Shown here one piece after another: positions 43,534 to 52,716 of a DNA stretch of 61,144 nt. Both the position numbers and the translations under genes were made by a program. Source of the DNA: Prevotella sp. (GTDB taxonomy: Bacteria; Bacteroidota; Bacteroidia; Bacteroidales; Bacteroidaceae); assembly GCA_022778905.1 (NCBI GenBank), contig JALFRV010000083.1:1-61144 (forward strand), read 5' to 3'. The number at the start of each line of letters is the position of its first letter. Within the stretch, counting starts at the first letter, position 1. The notes under the pieces are model-generated. The model was not told the DNA's origin, searched no databases, and was given only the letters and a program-made list of their open reading frames with translations.

Positions 43534-43860
43534 ATGACAATAAAAGAAGCACAGGAAACTGTCGATCAATGGGTGCGCACCTACGGCGTGCGCTACTTCT
43601 CCGAACTCACCAACATGGCCTGTCTGACCGAAGAAGTGGGCGAGCTGGCACGCGTCATGGCACGCCTCTACGGCGATCAGAGCTTCAAGGAGGGCGAAAG
43701 CCCGAACTTAGGAGAGGAGATGGCCGACGTGCTCTGGGTGCTGCTGTGCCTCGCAAACCAGACAGGAGTGGACCTGACAGATGAGTTCAGCAAGTCGATG
43801 ATGAAGAAGACTAAGCGCGACGCATCCCGTCATCGCGACAATCCTAAATTAAGAACATAA
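43534..43860 (+). CDS. MazG-like nucleotide pyrophosphohydrolase
   Basis: YFSELTNMACLTEEVGELAR, EEMADVLWVLLCLANQTGVDL. Confidence 0.9.
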   Translation: MTIKEAQETVDQWVRTYGVRYFSELTNMACLTEEVGELARVMARLYGDQSFKEGESPNLGEEMADVLWVLLCLANQTGVDLTDEFSKSMMKKTKRDASRHRDNPKLRT

Positions 43861-43872
43861 AACGCAACGATC

Positions 43873-44823
43873 ATGACAGAAAAAAGCATCAAACACCTCC
43901 TCATGGAGGACAAGGCAAATGAAGCTGCCGAACAGTTGAGACAGAACAAATATGAAGCGGCTTTGGCCAAATATGACACGGCCCTCGACGATGAGGAAGT
44001 GAAGCAGGCCGTGGCAAAGATCATCGCGAAGAAAGTGCCGGAAAACGACACCGTGGACGTGAAAAAATTCCTCCTCGGAAGCGTCGAACTGACTTCGCTG
44101 AGCACGACCGACACCGAAGAGCATATCCTGGCCATGGTGGAGCGCGTCAACAGCTTCGCTCACGACTATGCCGAACTGCCACACGTAGCCACCATCTGCA
44201 CCTACCCCAACTTCGCCAGACTCGTCAGCGAGAGCTTGGAGGTGGACGGCGTTGAGGTGACGACCGTGTGCGGCAACTTCCCCTCCTCACAGACGTTCAT
44301 CGAAGTGAAGGTCGCCGAGACCGCCCTGGCAGTCAAGGACGGGGCCACGGAGGTCGATATCGTGCTGCCGGTGGGCAAGTTCCTCAGCGGCGACTATGAG
44401 GGCCTCTGCGACGACATCAGCGAACTGCACCAGGCATGTGACGGCGCACCGATGAAGGTAATCCTCGAAACGGGCGACCTCGTCAGTGCCTCAAACATCA
44501 AAAAAGCGGCCATTTTATCGATGTATGCAGGCGCCGACTACATCAAGACATCCACTGGCAAGGAGAAAGTGTCAGCTACTCCGGAGGCCGCTTACGTGAT
44601 GTGTCAGGCCATCAGGGAATATTACGAGCAGACGGGCATACAGATCGGATTCAAGCCGGCAGGCGGCATCAACACCGTCCACGATGCTGTGACCTACTAT
44701 ACGATCGTCAAAGAAGTGCTCGGAGACGCATGGCTGACCAACAAATGGTTCCGCATGGGCACGTCGCGCCTGACCAATCTGCTCCTTAGTGAGATCATCG
44801 GCGAGGAGGTGAAGTATTTCTGA
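43873..44823 (+). CDS. deoC: Deoxyribose-phosphate aldolase
   Basis: GATEVDIV, MKVILETG, GADYIKTSTGK, GFKPAGGI, RMGTS. Confidence 0.94.
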   Translation: MTEKSIKHLLMEDKANEAAEQLRQNKYEAALAKYDTALDDEEVKQAVAKIIAKKVPENDTVDVKKFLLGSVELTSLSTTDTEEHILAMVERVNSFAHDYAELPHVATICTYPNFARLVSESLEVDGVEVTTVCGNFPSSQTFIEVKVAETALAVKDGATEVDIVLPVGKFLSGDYEGLCDDISELHQACDGAPMKVILETGDLVSASNIKKAAILSMYAGADYIKTSTGKEKVSATPEAAYVMCQAIREYYEQTGIQIGFKPAGGINTVHDAVTYYTIVKEVLGDAWLTNKWFRMGTSRLTNLLLSEIIGEEVKYF

Positions 44824-45003
44824 TCGCCGCCTGAGCTCACACCCCCATTTACCATTCCTGCCCCTTCCCCGGTCCGTCATTCCGGCGAAGGGGCAGGTTT
44901 GCCATCATCCCATCGTCACCTTCTTCAATTATTTTAATCCGTTATATATCAACGGTTTACACGGAATCAACCATTCCGGTAAAACGCCGGTATCACGTGC
45001 CCT

Positions 45004-45090
45004 GCCGAAAGCTATGCTTTGGGCGGCCAAGAGCTATGCTTTCGGGCGCCCAAAGCATAGCTTTCGACCGCCGATATGATAGCTCTGCGC
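45004..45090. repeat. 87-bp four-box element, copy D
   Basis: GCCG-AAAGCTATGCTTT-GGGCGGCCA-AGAGCTATGCTTT-CGGGCGCCC-AAAGCATAGCTTT-CGACCGCCG-ATATGATAGCTCT-GCGC. Confidence 0.9.
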
Positions 45091-45311
45091 AGCGCATAGC
45101 ATTCATGTCGAAAATCATAGTGATCAACACCGCATTCCGGGCAACCCACTGTGCGAATTTGCGCATGGATAGATATGGGATTCGTTCATGTAGAGCCGGG
45201 CAATGATCACTTCTCAACGGGATGCTGGGGCGGACATTCAGTGAGTGAATGTCGGTCAGTATTGCAGGCATCATGAGGGAGAATGTAACAATGAGCGCTT
45301 CGCAAGGAAAT

Positions 45312-45567
45312 GCAGGGGCGGGCCTTGTGGACATCCGCAACGAACGAAGCAACCGCCCGCTACTGGTGATTGACAGATGTCCAAACCCCACTCCAACCGT
45401 AGGGGCGGATCTGCGTATCCGCCCGCAATGGACATCTCGCCTTCCCGTTATATCCATCACAAAATAAGCATTTCAAGCCTTTTCGATTGCGACATCAGGG
45501 ATATGGATGGCTGAAAGGATCGGATCTCTCGTTGTGCCCTATGCCTCCGCTCCTTGCGGGCGGATAC
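45312..45567. repeat. GTAG-type REP cluster
   Basis: GTAGGGGCGGATCTGCGTATCCGCCCGCAA at 45399; truncated inverted partner TTGCGGGCGGATAC at 45554; variant GCAGGGGCGGGCCTTGTG at 45312. Confidence 0.75.
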
Positions 45568-45652
45568 AATGACAACCCCGGCTTTTCATAGCAGAATTTG
45601 AATCAATATCCTACGGTTCATACTGGACCCGGCATCCACGGGGGGCTAAAAC

Positions 45653-45685
45653 AAAAAAACGCGTGGAATCTCATGAATCCACGCG
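45653..45685 (-). terminator. Rho-independent terminator of ispB
   Basis: CGCGTGGA...TCCACGCG stem followed by a T-tract on the minus strand. Confidence 0.7.
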
Positions 45686-45694
45686 GCAAGAAAA

Positions 45695-46672
45695 TCAGCT
45701 CTGGCGCTTGATGACGAAATCCAAATAAGCCTGAAGCGCCTGTTTGATCGACGGGTCGGGTATCATTTCGTCAATGTATCGCTGCGCATCTCGGTGGAAA
45801 TCCCACATCCGCTGCGTGGCATATTCAATCCCCCCGTTTGCCTTGGTGAATGCGACCAAACGGCCGATTTCATCGGGCGAAATCTCATGATTTTTCACCT
45901 TGTGGGCCAAACGGATCATCTCCTCGTCACCGGTCGCATTGAGCGCGTAGATGACGGGCAGCGTCAGCTTGCCCTCAGCCATGTCGTTGCCGGTGGGTTT
46001 GCCGATCTCCGTCGAGTCATAATAGTCGAAGATGTCATCACGGATCTGGAATGTGATGCCGAGATCCTGCCCGAATTTCTGCGCGATGCGCACCTCCTCG
46101 TCCGTCGCGCCGGCCGATCTCGCCCCTATGCTGGCACAGGCTTCGAAGAGGGCAGCCGTCTTCCGCTTGATGATGTCATAGTAGACAGACTCGGAAATGT
46201 CCTTGTTCAGGATGTTCGAAAGCTGCAGGATCTCACCGTCGGAGAGCGTTCTGCCGAGTTCGGCGAGATAGCGCACGATGACCTCCGAATGGGTGTAGGA
46301 GATGTTGAGCAATGCCGTCGAGAGGATATAGTCGCCCACGAGCACGCTCACCTTGTTGTCGTAGAGCGCGTTGACGGATGCCTGACCGCGCCTTTCGCCG
46401 CTCTCATCGACCACGTCGTCATGCACAAGGCTGGCCGTATGGAGCAGTTCCAATCCGACGGCCGCATGCTGCGTGACCGATGAAATCTTGCCATAGTTGC
46501 GCGCAATGAGCAGAATGAGCATGGGACGCATGCGCTTCCCTCCCCTTTGCCGAATGTGGTAAAGAGCCTGCGAGAGCAGTCCGTCGGAATGAGTGAGCGC
46601 CTGATTGAAAAGCGCGATGAAATCGTTCAAGTCCGACTCGATTGGTCTTTGTATGAGGGACAAATAATCCAT
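45695..46672 (-). CDS. ispB: Polyprenyl (octaprenyl-like) diphosphate synthase
   Basis: GGKRMRP, LVHDDVVDES.ERRG, KTAALF, FQIRDDIFD, GKPTGNDMAEGKLTLP. Confidence 0.9.
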   Translation of the reverse strand: MDYLSLIQRPIESDLNDFIALFNQALTHSDGLLSQALYHIRQRGGKRMRPMLILLIARNYGKISSVTQHAAVGLELLHTASLVHDDVVDESGERRGQASVNALYDNKVSVLVGDYILSTALLNISYTHSEVIVRYLAELGRTLSDGEILQLSNILNKDISESVYYDIIKRKTAALFEACASIGARSAGATDEEVRIAQKFGQDLGITFQIRDDIFDYYDSTEIGKPTGNDMAEGKLTLPVIYALNATGDEEMIRLAHKVKNHEISPDEIGRLVAFTKANGGIEYATQRMWDFHRDAQRYIDEMIPDPSIKQALQAYLDFVIKRQS

Positions 46673-46760
46673 GCGAATCTGTTATTTGCTACAAATTTAA
46701 GGAATTTATCGGGAACTATGCAAAAAAATTAGTAATTTTACGCGATAAATCATTATTCTT

Positions 46761-49523
46761 ATGGACAAACTGTTTCTATTGGACGCTTATGCGCTGATCT
46801 ATCGGTCCTACTACGCATTCATCAAGAATCCACGCATCAATTCCAAGGGGCTCAATACATCGGCCATCATGGGCTTCTGCAATACGCTCAACGAGGTGAT
46901 GACCAAGGAGATGCCCACGCATATCGGGGTCGCGTTCGACCACGGAAAAACCTTCCGCAACGACGCCTATCCTGATTACAAGGCCCAACGGGAGGAGACT
47001 CCGGAGGACATCAAGGCCTCCGTGCCGCTGATCAAGAAGATTCTCGAAGCCTGCAAGATCCCCATCCTGCAGGTCGATGGATTCGAGGCCGACGACGTGA
47101 TCGGCACGCTCGCCGCGCAGGCAGGTGCGGCCGGCATCGAGACCTATATGCTCACGCCCGACAAGGACTACGGACAGTTGGTCCGACCCAACGTCTACAT
47201 CTATCGCCCACGCCACGGCGGCGGCTACGAGACGCTCGGCGAGAAGGAATTGGAAGCAAAGTACGGCATCAGCTCACCGGCACAGGTCGTCGACCTGTTG
47301 GCGCTCATGGGCGACTCGGCCGACAACTTCCCCGGCTGTCCGGGCATCGGGGAGAAGACCGCCGTCAAGCTGATCGGCGAGTTTGGAAGCGTCGATGAGA
47401 TCCTCCGACACACCGACCGCCTCAAGGGGAAGATGCGCGAGAAAGTGGAAGGGGCCGTCGATGACATCCGCATGAGCTACTTCCTCGCCACCATCCGCAC
47501 CGATGTCCCGATCACGCTCGACCTTGCGGAGCTCCAAGTCGTATCACCCGACGAGGACAGACTGCGTGCCATCTTCGCCGATCTGGAGTTTAAGACGCTC
47601 GCAGACCGATTCCTGAACAAACGTGAAAATAAACTAAAGAACGACAATTCGCAGCTTGATCTCTTTGCAGAATTTACGCCCGACAGCCCAAAAGCTGCAG
47701 AAAACGCGAGTTTCAAGAACCTTCAGACAGTCCCTCATGACTATAAACTGATTGAAAAACAATCGGATAGCCAGTCTTTATATGACTTTTTAAGGACAAA
47801 AACAATTCTCAGTTTAGACACGGAGACCACTTCCACCAATCCCATTGACGCCGAATTGGTCGGATTGAGCTTTGCAGTGGAAGAAAATAAGGCATTCTAT
47901 GTCGCCGTCCCAAGCAATCGTCAAGAAGCACAAAAGATTGTTAACATATTCAAACCGCTATACGAAGACCCTTCCATTCTCAAGGTCGGGCAGAACATCA
48001 AGTATGATTACGAGGTGCTGATGCATTATGGCGTCAAAATCCAAGGTCCCCTCTTCGACACGATGATAGCTCATTACCTCATCAATCCCGAGCTTCGTCA
48101 CAACATGGATTATATGGCCGAGACGCTCCTCAACTATCAGACGGTCCACATAGAGGAACTCATCGGACCGCGCGGACGTGATCAGCGGTCGATGGCCGAC
48201 CTTGCTCCGGCAGAGGTGTATGAATACGCCGCCGAGGACGCGGACATCACCCTCCGGCTGAAGAACGTGCTGGAGCCGAAACTGAAGGAGGTCGGCGCCG
48301 ACGACTTGTTCCGCCAGATCGAGATGCCCCTGATACCTGTGCTGGCCGCAATGGAGATGAGCGGCGTATGCTTAGACACCGCAGCGCTGCAGGAAACGTC
48401 AGATATTTTCACACATCGGATGAACGATTACGAGGCCAGAATCTACGAACAGGCCGGCGAGCGCTTCAACATCTCGTCACCGAAACAGGTGGGCGAGATC
48501 CTCTTCGACAAGATGCAGATCGTCGACAAGCCCAAGAAGACCCGCACGGGACAATATGTCACGAGCGAGGAAGTGCTTCTCCAGCTCCGGCAGAAAGCCC
48601 CGATCATCGACGACATACTGAATTACAGGGGCATGAAGAAGCTCCTCAGCACCTACATAGATGCCCTCCCGAAGCTGATCAATCCACGGACGGGACACAT
48701 ACACACCTCCTTCAACCAGGCCTTGACAGCCACCGGACGCCTCTCCTCCTCCGATCCGAACCTGCAGAACATACCGGTCCGAACCGACGATGGAAAGGAG
48801 ATCCGGAAGTGTTTCGTTCCCGAACCGGATTGTCTGTTCTTTTCAGCAGATTATTCACAGATCGAACTGCGCATCATGGCCCATCTTTCGGGTGATCAGA
48901 ACATGATCGAAGCCTTCCGCGAAGGCTTCGACATCCACCGCGCCACGGCTGCCAAGATATGGCATGAAGACATCAACGCCGTCAGCGACACACAGCGCAA
49001 GAAAGCCAAGCAGGCCAATTTCGGCATCATATACGGCATCACCACCTATGGCCTGGCACAGCGCATGGACATCTCCAACACCGAAGCGCGCCAGCTGATC
49101 GACGACTATTTCAAGACCTTCCCGCAGGTACAGGCCTACATGGAACAGGCTAAGGAGACGGCACGCGACAAGGGTTACGCCGAGACCATATTCGGGCGCC
49201 GCCGCTATCTCCCCGACATCAATTCCAAGAACGCCACCGTACGCGGATTCGCAGAGCGCAACGCCATCAACGCCCCCATACAAGGCAGCGAGGCGGACAT
49301 CATCAAGATCGCGATGATCCGCATCTTCCAGCGGTTCGAGCGGGAAGGCATCCGATCCAAAATGATCCTCCAGGTGCACGACGAACTCAACTTCTCCGTC
49401 TTCCCCGAGGAGAAAGAGCGGGTCGAGAAGATCGTCATCGAGGAAATGGAAAACGCCGCCTGCCTCTCCGTACCGCTCACTGCCGACGCCGGATGGGGCC
49501 GAAACTGGTTGGAGGCACACTGA
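46761..49523 (+). CDS. polA: DNA polymerase I
   Basis: 5'-3' exonuclease LIYRSYYAF/EADDVIG, 3'-5' exonuclease LDTETT, TGRLSSSDPNLQNIP, ADYSQIELR, LQVHDEL. Confidence 0.98.
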   Translation: MDKLFLLDAYALIYRSYYAFIKNPRINSKGLNTSAIMGFCNTLNEVMTKEMPTHIGVAFDHGKTFRNDAYPDYKAQREETPEDIKASVPLIKKILEACKIPILQVDGFEADDVIGTLAAQAGAAGIETYMLTPDKDYGQLVRPNVYIYRPRHGGGYETLGEKELEAKYGISSPAQVVDLLALMGDSADNFPGCPGIGEKTAVKLIGEFGSVDEILRHTDRLKGKMREKVEGAVDDIRMSYFLATIRTDVPITLDLAELQVVSPDEDRLRAIFADLEFKTLADRFLNKRENKLKNDNSQLDLFAEFTPDSPKAAENASFKNLQTVPHDYKLIEKQSDSQSLYDFLRTKTILSLDTETTSTNPIDAELVGLSFAVEENKAFYVAVPSNRQEAQKIVNIFKPLYEDPSILKVGQNIKYDYEVLMHYGVKIQGPLFDTMIAHYLINPELRHNMDYMAETLLNYQTVHIEELIGPRGRDQRSMADLAPAEVYEYAAEDADITLRLKNVLEPKLKEVGADDLFRQIEMPLIPVLAAMEMSGVCLDTAALQETSDIFTHRMNDYEARIYEQAGERFNISSPKQVGEILFDKMQIVDKPKKTRTGQYVTSEEVLLQLRQKAPIIDDILNYRGMKKLLSTYIDALPKLINPRTGHIHTSFNQALTATGRLSSSDPNLQNIPVRTDDGKEIRKCFVPEPDCLFFSADYSQIELRIMAHLSGDQNMIEAFREGFDIHRATAAKIWHEDINAVSDTQRKKAKQANFGIIYGITTYGLAQRMDISNTEARQLIDDYFKTFPQVQAYMEQAKETARDKGYAETIFGRRRYLPDINSKNATVRGFAERNAINAPIQGSEADIIKIAMIRIFQRFEREGIRSKMILQVHDELNFSVFPEEKERVEKIVIEEMENAACLSVPLTADAGWGRNWLEAH

Positions 49524-49564
49524 ATCCCCAGCCCACATCACCTCATCATCACAACCTTAAAATC

Positions 49565-50395
49565 ATGAAACGCTACACGATCGTCATCAATTACCGTGAC
49601 CGGAACACCATCTCCCAAGTCGAGGCCGACAGCGTGAGCGAAGCGCAGCATATATTCATGGACAATTATCACGCTGAAGGCGTGGGCGACAAAGCACGCC
49701 GGCAACTGAGCCTCGACATCGAAGACCCGCGATGGAAGGCCAGGCCTATCATGGAGACAGTCAACGCATGGAGGGCCGAATACTGGGTTAACAACGACTA
49801 TATCTACGTCCATGCCGTCGAGACAGTACCCTTCCCCGAACCCGACGAACTGCAAGAACCAAGTACATTCGCCGACGGATTCTGCGACGGAGAGCAATTC
49901 CACCGCATCTCCCTGCGTATCGGACGGCTCGAAAAGCAGGCCGACCGGACGCAGCTGAAACACTTCTGCCTGCGCATCTGCAAACGTTTCCCCGAGGAGT
50001 ATTATCCCATGATCAAGGCCGCCATGGCCTGCTTCTACCTCCATGAGTATGAGGAGATGCTCACCTATGCCCAAAACGCCTCCGACAACTGGCACGAAGA
50101 CCCGCTCAACGTGTTCTGGCTGGCACTGGCATTGTATAAGAACGGCCGTTACGATGAAGCCATCCGGCAGAGCGACACCATCATCCGCGACGACTTCCGG
50201 TGGCTTACCTACGGCAAATACGGCTACGATGCCGACTACGCCTGGCAGCTCATCAACGACTGCAAAGCCATCAAGGGCCTCTCGCTTCTCGCGCAAGGAG
50301 ACCCGGCAGGCCGTCCCTACCTCCTCCAATACCTGCATCGGGGGAAAGAAAAAGACTCCTGCTTCCGTAAGGCAGACATCCGCCGCCGGCTGTAG
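49565..50395 (+). CDS. Hypothetical protein with C-terminal TPR-like helices
   Basis: Host-like codon usage; WLALALYKNGRYDEAI TPR-like segment; ATG 49565 follows an A-rich leader. Confidence 0.7.
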   Translation: MKRYTIVINYRDRNTISQVEADSVSEAQHIFMDNYHAEGVGDKARRQLSLDIEDPRWKARPIMETVNAWRAEYWVNNDYIYVHAVETVPFPEPDELQEPSTFADGFCDGEQFHRISLRIGRLEKQADRTQLKHFCLRICKRFPEEYYPMIKAAMACFYLHEYEEMLTYAQNASDNWHEDPLNVFWLALALYKNGRYDEAIRQSDTIIRDDFRWLTYGKYGYDADYAWQLINDCKAIKGLSLLAQGDPAGRPYLLQYLHRGKEKDSCFRKADIRRRL

Positions 50396-50518
50396 GCCGC
50401 CACACGCGTAATTCCACACCGTAAAGCCGGGCCGGCCGTAATGCCAATGAGGAGTTAGCAGCGTTTGGTGTTGCATGGCGGAAAATCCATTCATGATACC
50501 TTCTCAATGGAATGCCGA

Positions 50519-50609
50519 GGCGGGCCTTGTACCCGTCAGCAAGGGACAGTTTTTGGTCATCGGGCCTCAAAATCGCTCCACTTCGGCGGGCCTTGTGCCC
50601 GTCAGCAAA
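50519..50609. repeat. Pair of REP-like direct repeats
   Basis: GGCGGGCCTTGT(A/G)CCCGTCAGCAA at about 50519 and 50585; each can fold GCGGG/CCCGT; related to the variant at 45312. Confidence 0.65.
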
Positions 50610-50675
50610 CACGGAACGAACAATGTCGAAACGACACGTGTGCCTTTTCGGAAAACAAGGCACACGGGATGCCCG

Positions 50676-50762
50676 GCGCAGAGCATAGCTTTCGACGGCC
50701 GAAAGCTATGCTTTGGGGCGCCCGGAGCTATCATATGGACAGCCCATATGATAGCTCTGCGC
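50676..50762. repeat. 87-bp four-box element, copy E
   Basis: GCGC-AGAGCATAGCTTT-CGACGGCCG-AAAGCTATGCTTT-GGGGCGCCC-GGAGCTATCATAT-GGACAGCCC-ATATGATAGCTCT-GCGC. Confidence 0.92.
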
Positions 50763-50870
50763 CAGCCCCATCAACAGGGCCGATGCGACGGGTGTATTAA
50801 AAATCTTAAATTGTGCTATTATGTCAAAGTTTTAGGTTAAATTTGCAGTTCAAACGGATAGATCAGATTC

Positions 50871-52382
50871 ATGAGCTTGACTAATCTTGCAGGCAGGTTT
50901 TTCCTGTCTCGGCAGAACGACTTACGGCAGTATCTGACCGGCGCAGTGCACATGCAGCAGGAGGTGCTGCAGCATCTTCTCGCCCGGGGGAAAGATACCG
51001 AATATGGCAGAAACCATCTCCTCGGCATGACGAGGGACTATGAGCAGTTTGCGAAAAACGTTCCGATCAACACGTATGAGGAACTCAAGGCCGACATAGA
51101 CCGCATGCGGCACGGCGAGAGCGATGTGCTGTGGCCCGGACAGATCAGATGGTTCGCCAAGTCATCAGGCACAACCAATGACAAGAGCAAGTTTATACCG
51201 GTATCGGGAGAAGGCCTCCGCAACATCCACTACAAAGGTGGGTTCGACTCGGTAGCCATCTATCTCCGCAACAACCCATCGAGCCGGCTCTTCGACGGAC
51301 GCAGTCTGATCCTTGGAGGAAGCCATTCGCCGAACTATAACCTATCACGCAGCATCGTCGGAGACCTCAGCGCGATCCTCATCGAGCATATCAACCCGCT
51401 GGCGAACCTTGTCCGCGTGCCCTGCAAGCGCACGGCCCTGCTGTCCGACTTTGAAGTGAAGCGCGAGCGGATTGCCGCGGAAACCGTCGGCAAAAACGTG
51501 ACCAACATCTCCGGCGTGCCGTCCTGGATGCTCAGTGTGCTGGTCCGCGTGCTCGAGATCAGCGGCAAGCAGCATCTCGAAGAGGTATGGCCCAACCTCG
51601 AAGTATTCTTCCATGGAGGCATCGCCTTCGGCCCCTACCGGCCCCAGTTTGAGCGTCTGATCACGTCAGACCGCATGCATTACATGGAGACATATAACGC
51701 CAGCGAAGGCTTCTTCGGCATTCAGGATGATCCGGATGACCACAGCATGCTGCTCATGACCGACTATGGCATCTTCTACGAGTTTATTCCGGTCGACGAA
51801 TTGGGAAGCGACGCCCCCAACATCGTGCCGCTCAGCGGCGTCGAGACGGGCCGCAACTATGCCATGGTCATCACCACCGACTGCGGCTTGTGGCGCTACA
51901 TGATCGGCGACACCGTCCGTTTCACCTCCCGGGACCCCTACAAATTCGTCATCTCAGGACGCACCAAGTACTTCATCAATGCCTTTGGCGAAGAGCTGAT
52001 CATGGACAATGCCGAGAAGGGACTTGCCTTCGCCTGCGAGCAGACCCATGCAGAGATCCTCGAATATACCGCCGCACCGGTCTACATGGACAGCAATGCG
52101 AAGTGCCGCCATCAATGGCTCGTGGAGTTTGCAAAGACACCTGAAGATCTCGGAGCGTTTGCCCGCATCCTCGACAGCAAACTGCAGGAGATCAACAGTG
52201 ACTACGAAGCCAAGCGCTCTCATGACGTCACGCTGCAGCCCTTGGAGATTGTGCAGGCCCGTCCGGGCCTCTTCAACGACTGGCTGAAGCTCAAGGGACG
52301 CCTCGGCGGACAGCATAAGGTGCCCCGACTGTCCAATGACCGGAAAAACATTGAGGAACTCTTGGAACTCAATAAAGGGTAA
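50871..52382 (+). CDS. GH3 auxin-responsive-like acyl-adenylate ligase family protein
   Basis: FAKSSGTTNDKSKFIP, GVPSW, ETYNASEGFFG, GLWRYMIGDTV, GGQHKVPRL; TAAATTTG box at 50838. Confidence 0.9.
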   Translation: MSLTNLAGRFFLSRQNDLRQYLTGAVHMQQEVLQHLLARGKDTEYGRNHLLGMTRDYEQFAKNVPINTYEELKADIDRMRHGESDVLWPGQIRWFAKSSGTTNDKSKFIPVSGEGLRNIHYKGGFDSVAIYLRNNPSSRLFDGRSLILGGSHSPNYNLSRSIVGDLSAILIEHINPLANLVRVPCKRTALLSDFEVKRERIAAETVGKNVTNISGVPSWMLSVLVRVLEISGKQHLEEVWPNLEVFFHGGIAFGPYRPQFERLITSDRMHYMETYNASEGFFGIQDDPDDHSMLLMTDYGIFYEFIPVDELGSDAPNIVPLSGVETGRNYAMVITTDCGLWRYMIGDTVRFTSRDPYKFVISGRTKYFINAFGEELIMDNAEKGLAFACEQTHAEILEYTAAPVYMDSNAKCRHQWLVEFAKTPEDLGAFARILDSKLQEINSDYEAKRSHDVTLQPLEIVQARPGLFNDWLKLKGRLGGQHKVPRLSNDRKNIEELLELNKG

Positions 52383-52716
52383 AAAGGTAAAAGAGTAAAA
52401 CCGCAAAAGAGACTGAAAGCTATAATCAGATATCCACAGAAGAGGTAAAACGGTAAAGGAGTAAAACCGTAAAAGAGGCGAAGAACCATAATGAGACAAC
52501 TCAAACGACATATCATCACGCGCAGAAAGATAAACAATGCTTTATCTTCCGGCTTCCTTTGCCTTTCCGACTCTCATCGTAAAGCGCTCAAGAATATGAA
52601 AAGCGGCTTGTCCCTTTTTACCTTTTTGCCCCCTTACTCTTTCACCTTCAACCGGCCGAAATCTGCTTCCGCCCCTACCCTTCTTACCTTTTCACCTTTT
52701 TACCTTCTTACTTTTC
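52377..52716. repeat. Octamer-built inverted-repeat element
   Basis: (NNGTAAAA)n clusters at 52377-52400 and 52443-52474; complementary (TTTTACCN)n-like clusters at 52612-52648 and 52681-52716. Confidence 0.7.

Noticed and set aside
43534-43860. MazG as an anti-phage or toxin-antitoxin component
   Set aside because: It sits in a housekeeping uvrC-dtd-mazG-deoC run with no defence genes nearby.
50802-50829. dif-like site AATCTTAAATT-GTGCTA-TTATGTCAAAG
   Set aside because: Only the right arm resembles a XerD site; it overlaps the GH3 promoter region and lies about 10 kb from parS, whereas dif is expected at the terminus.
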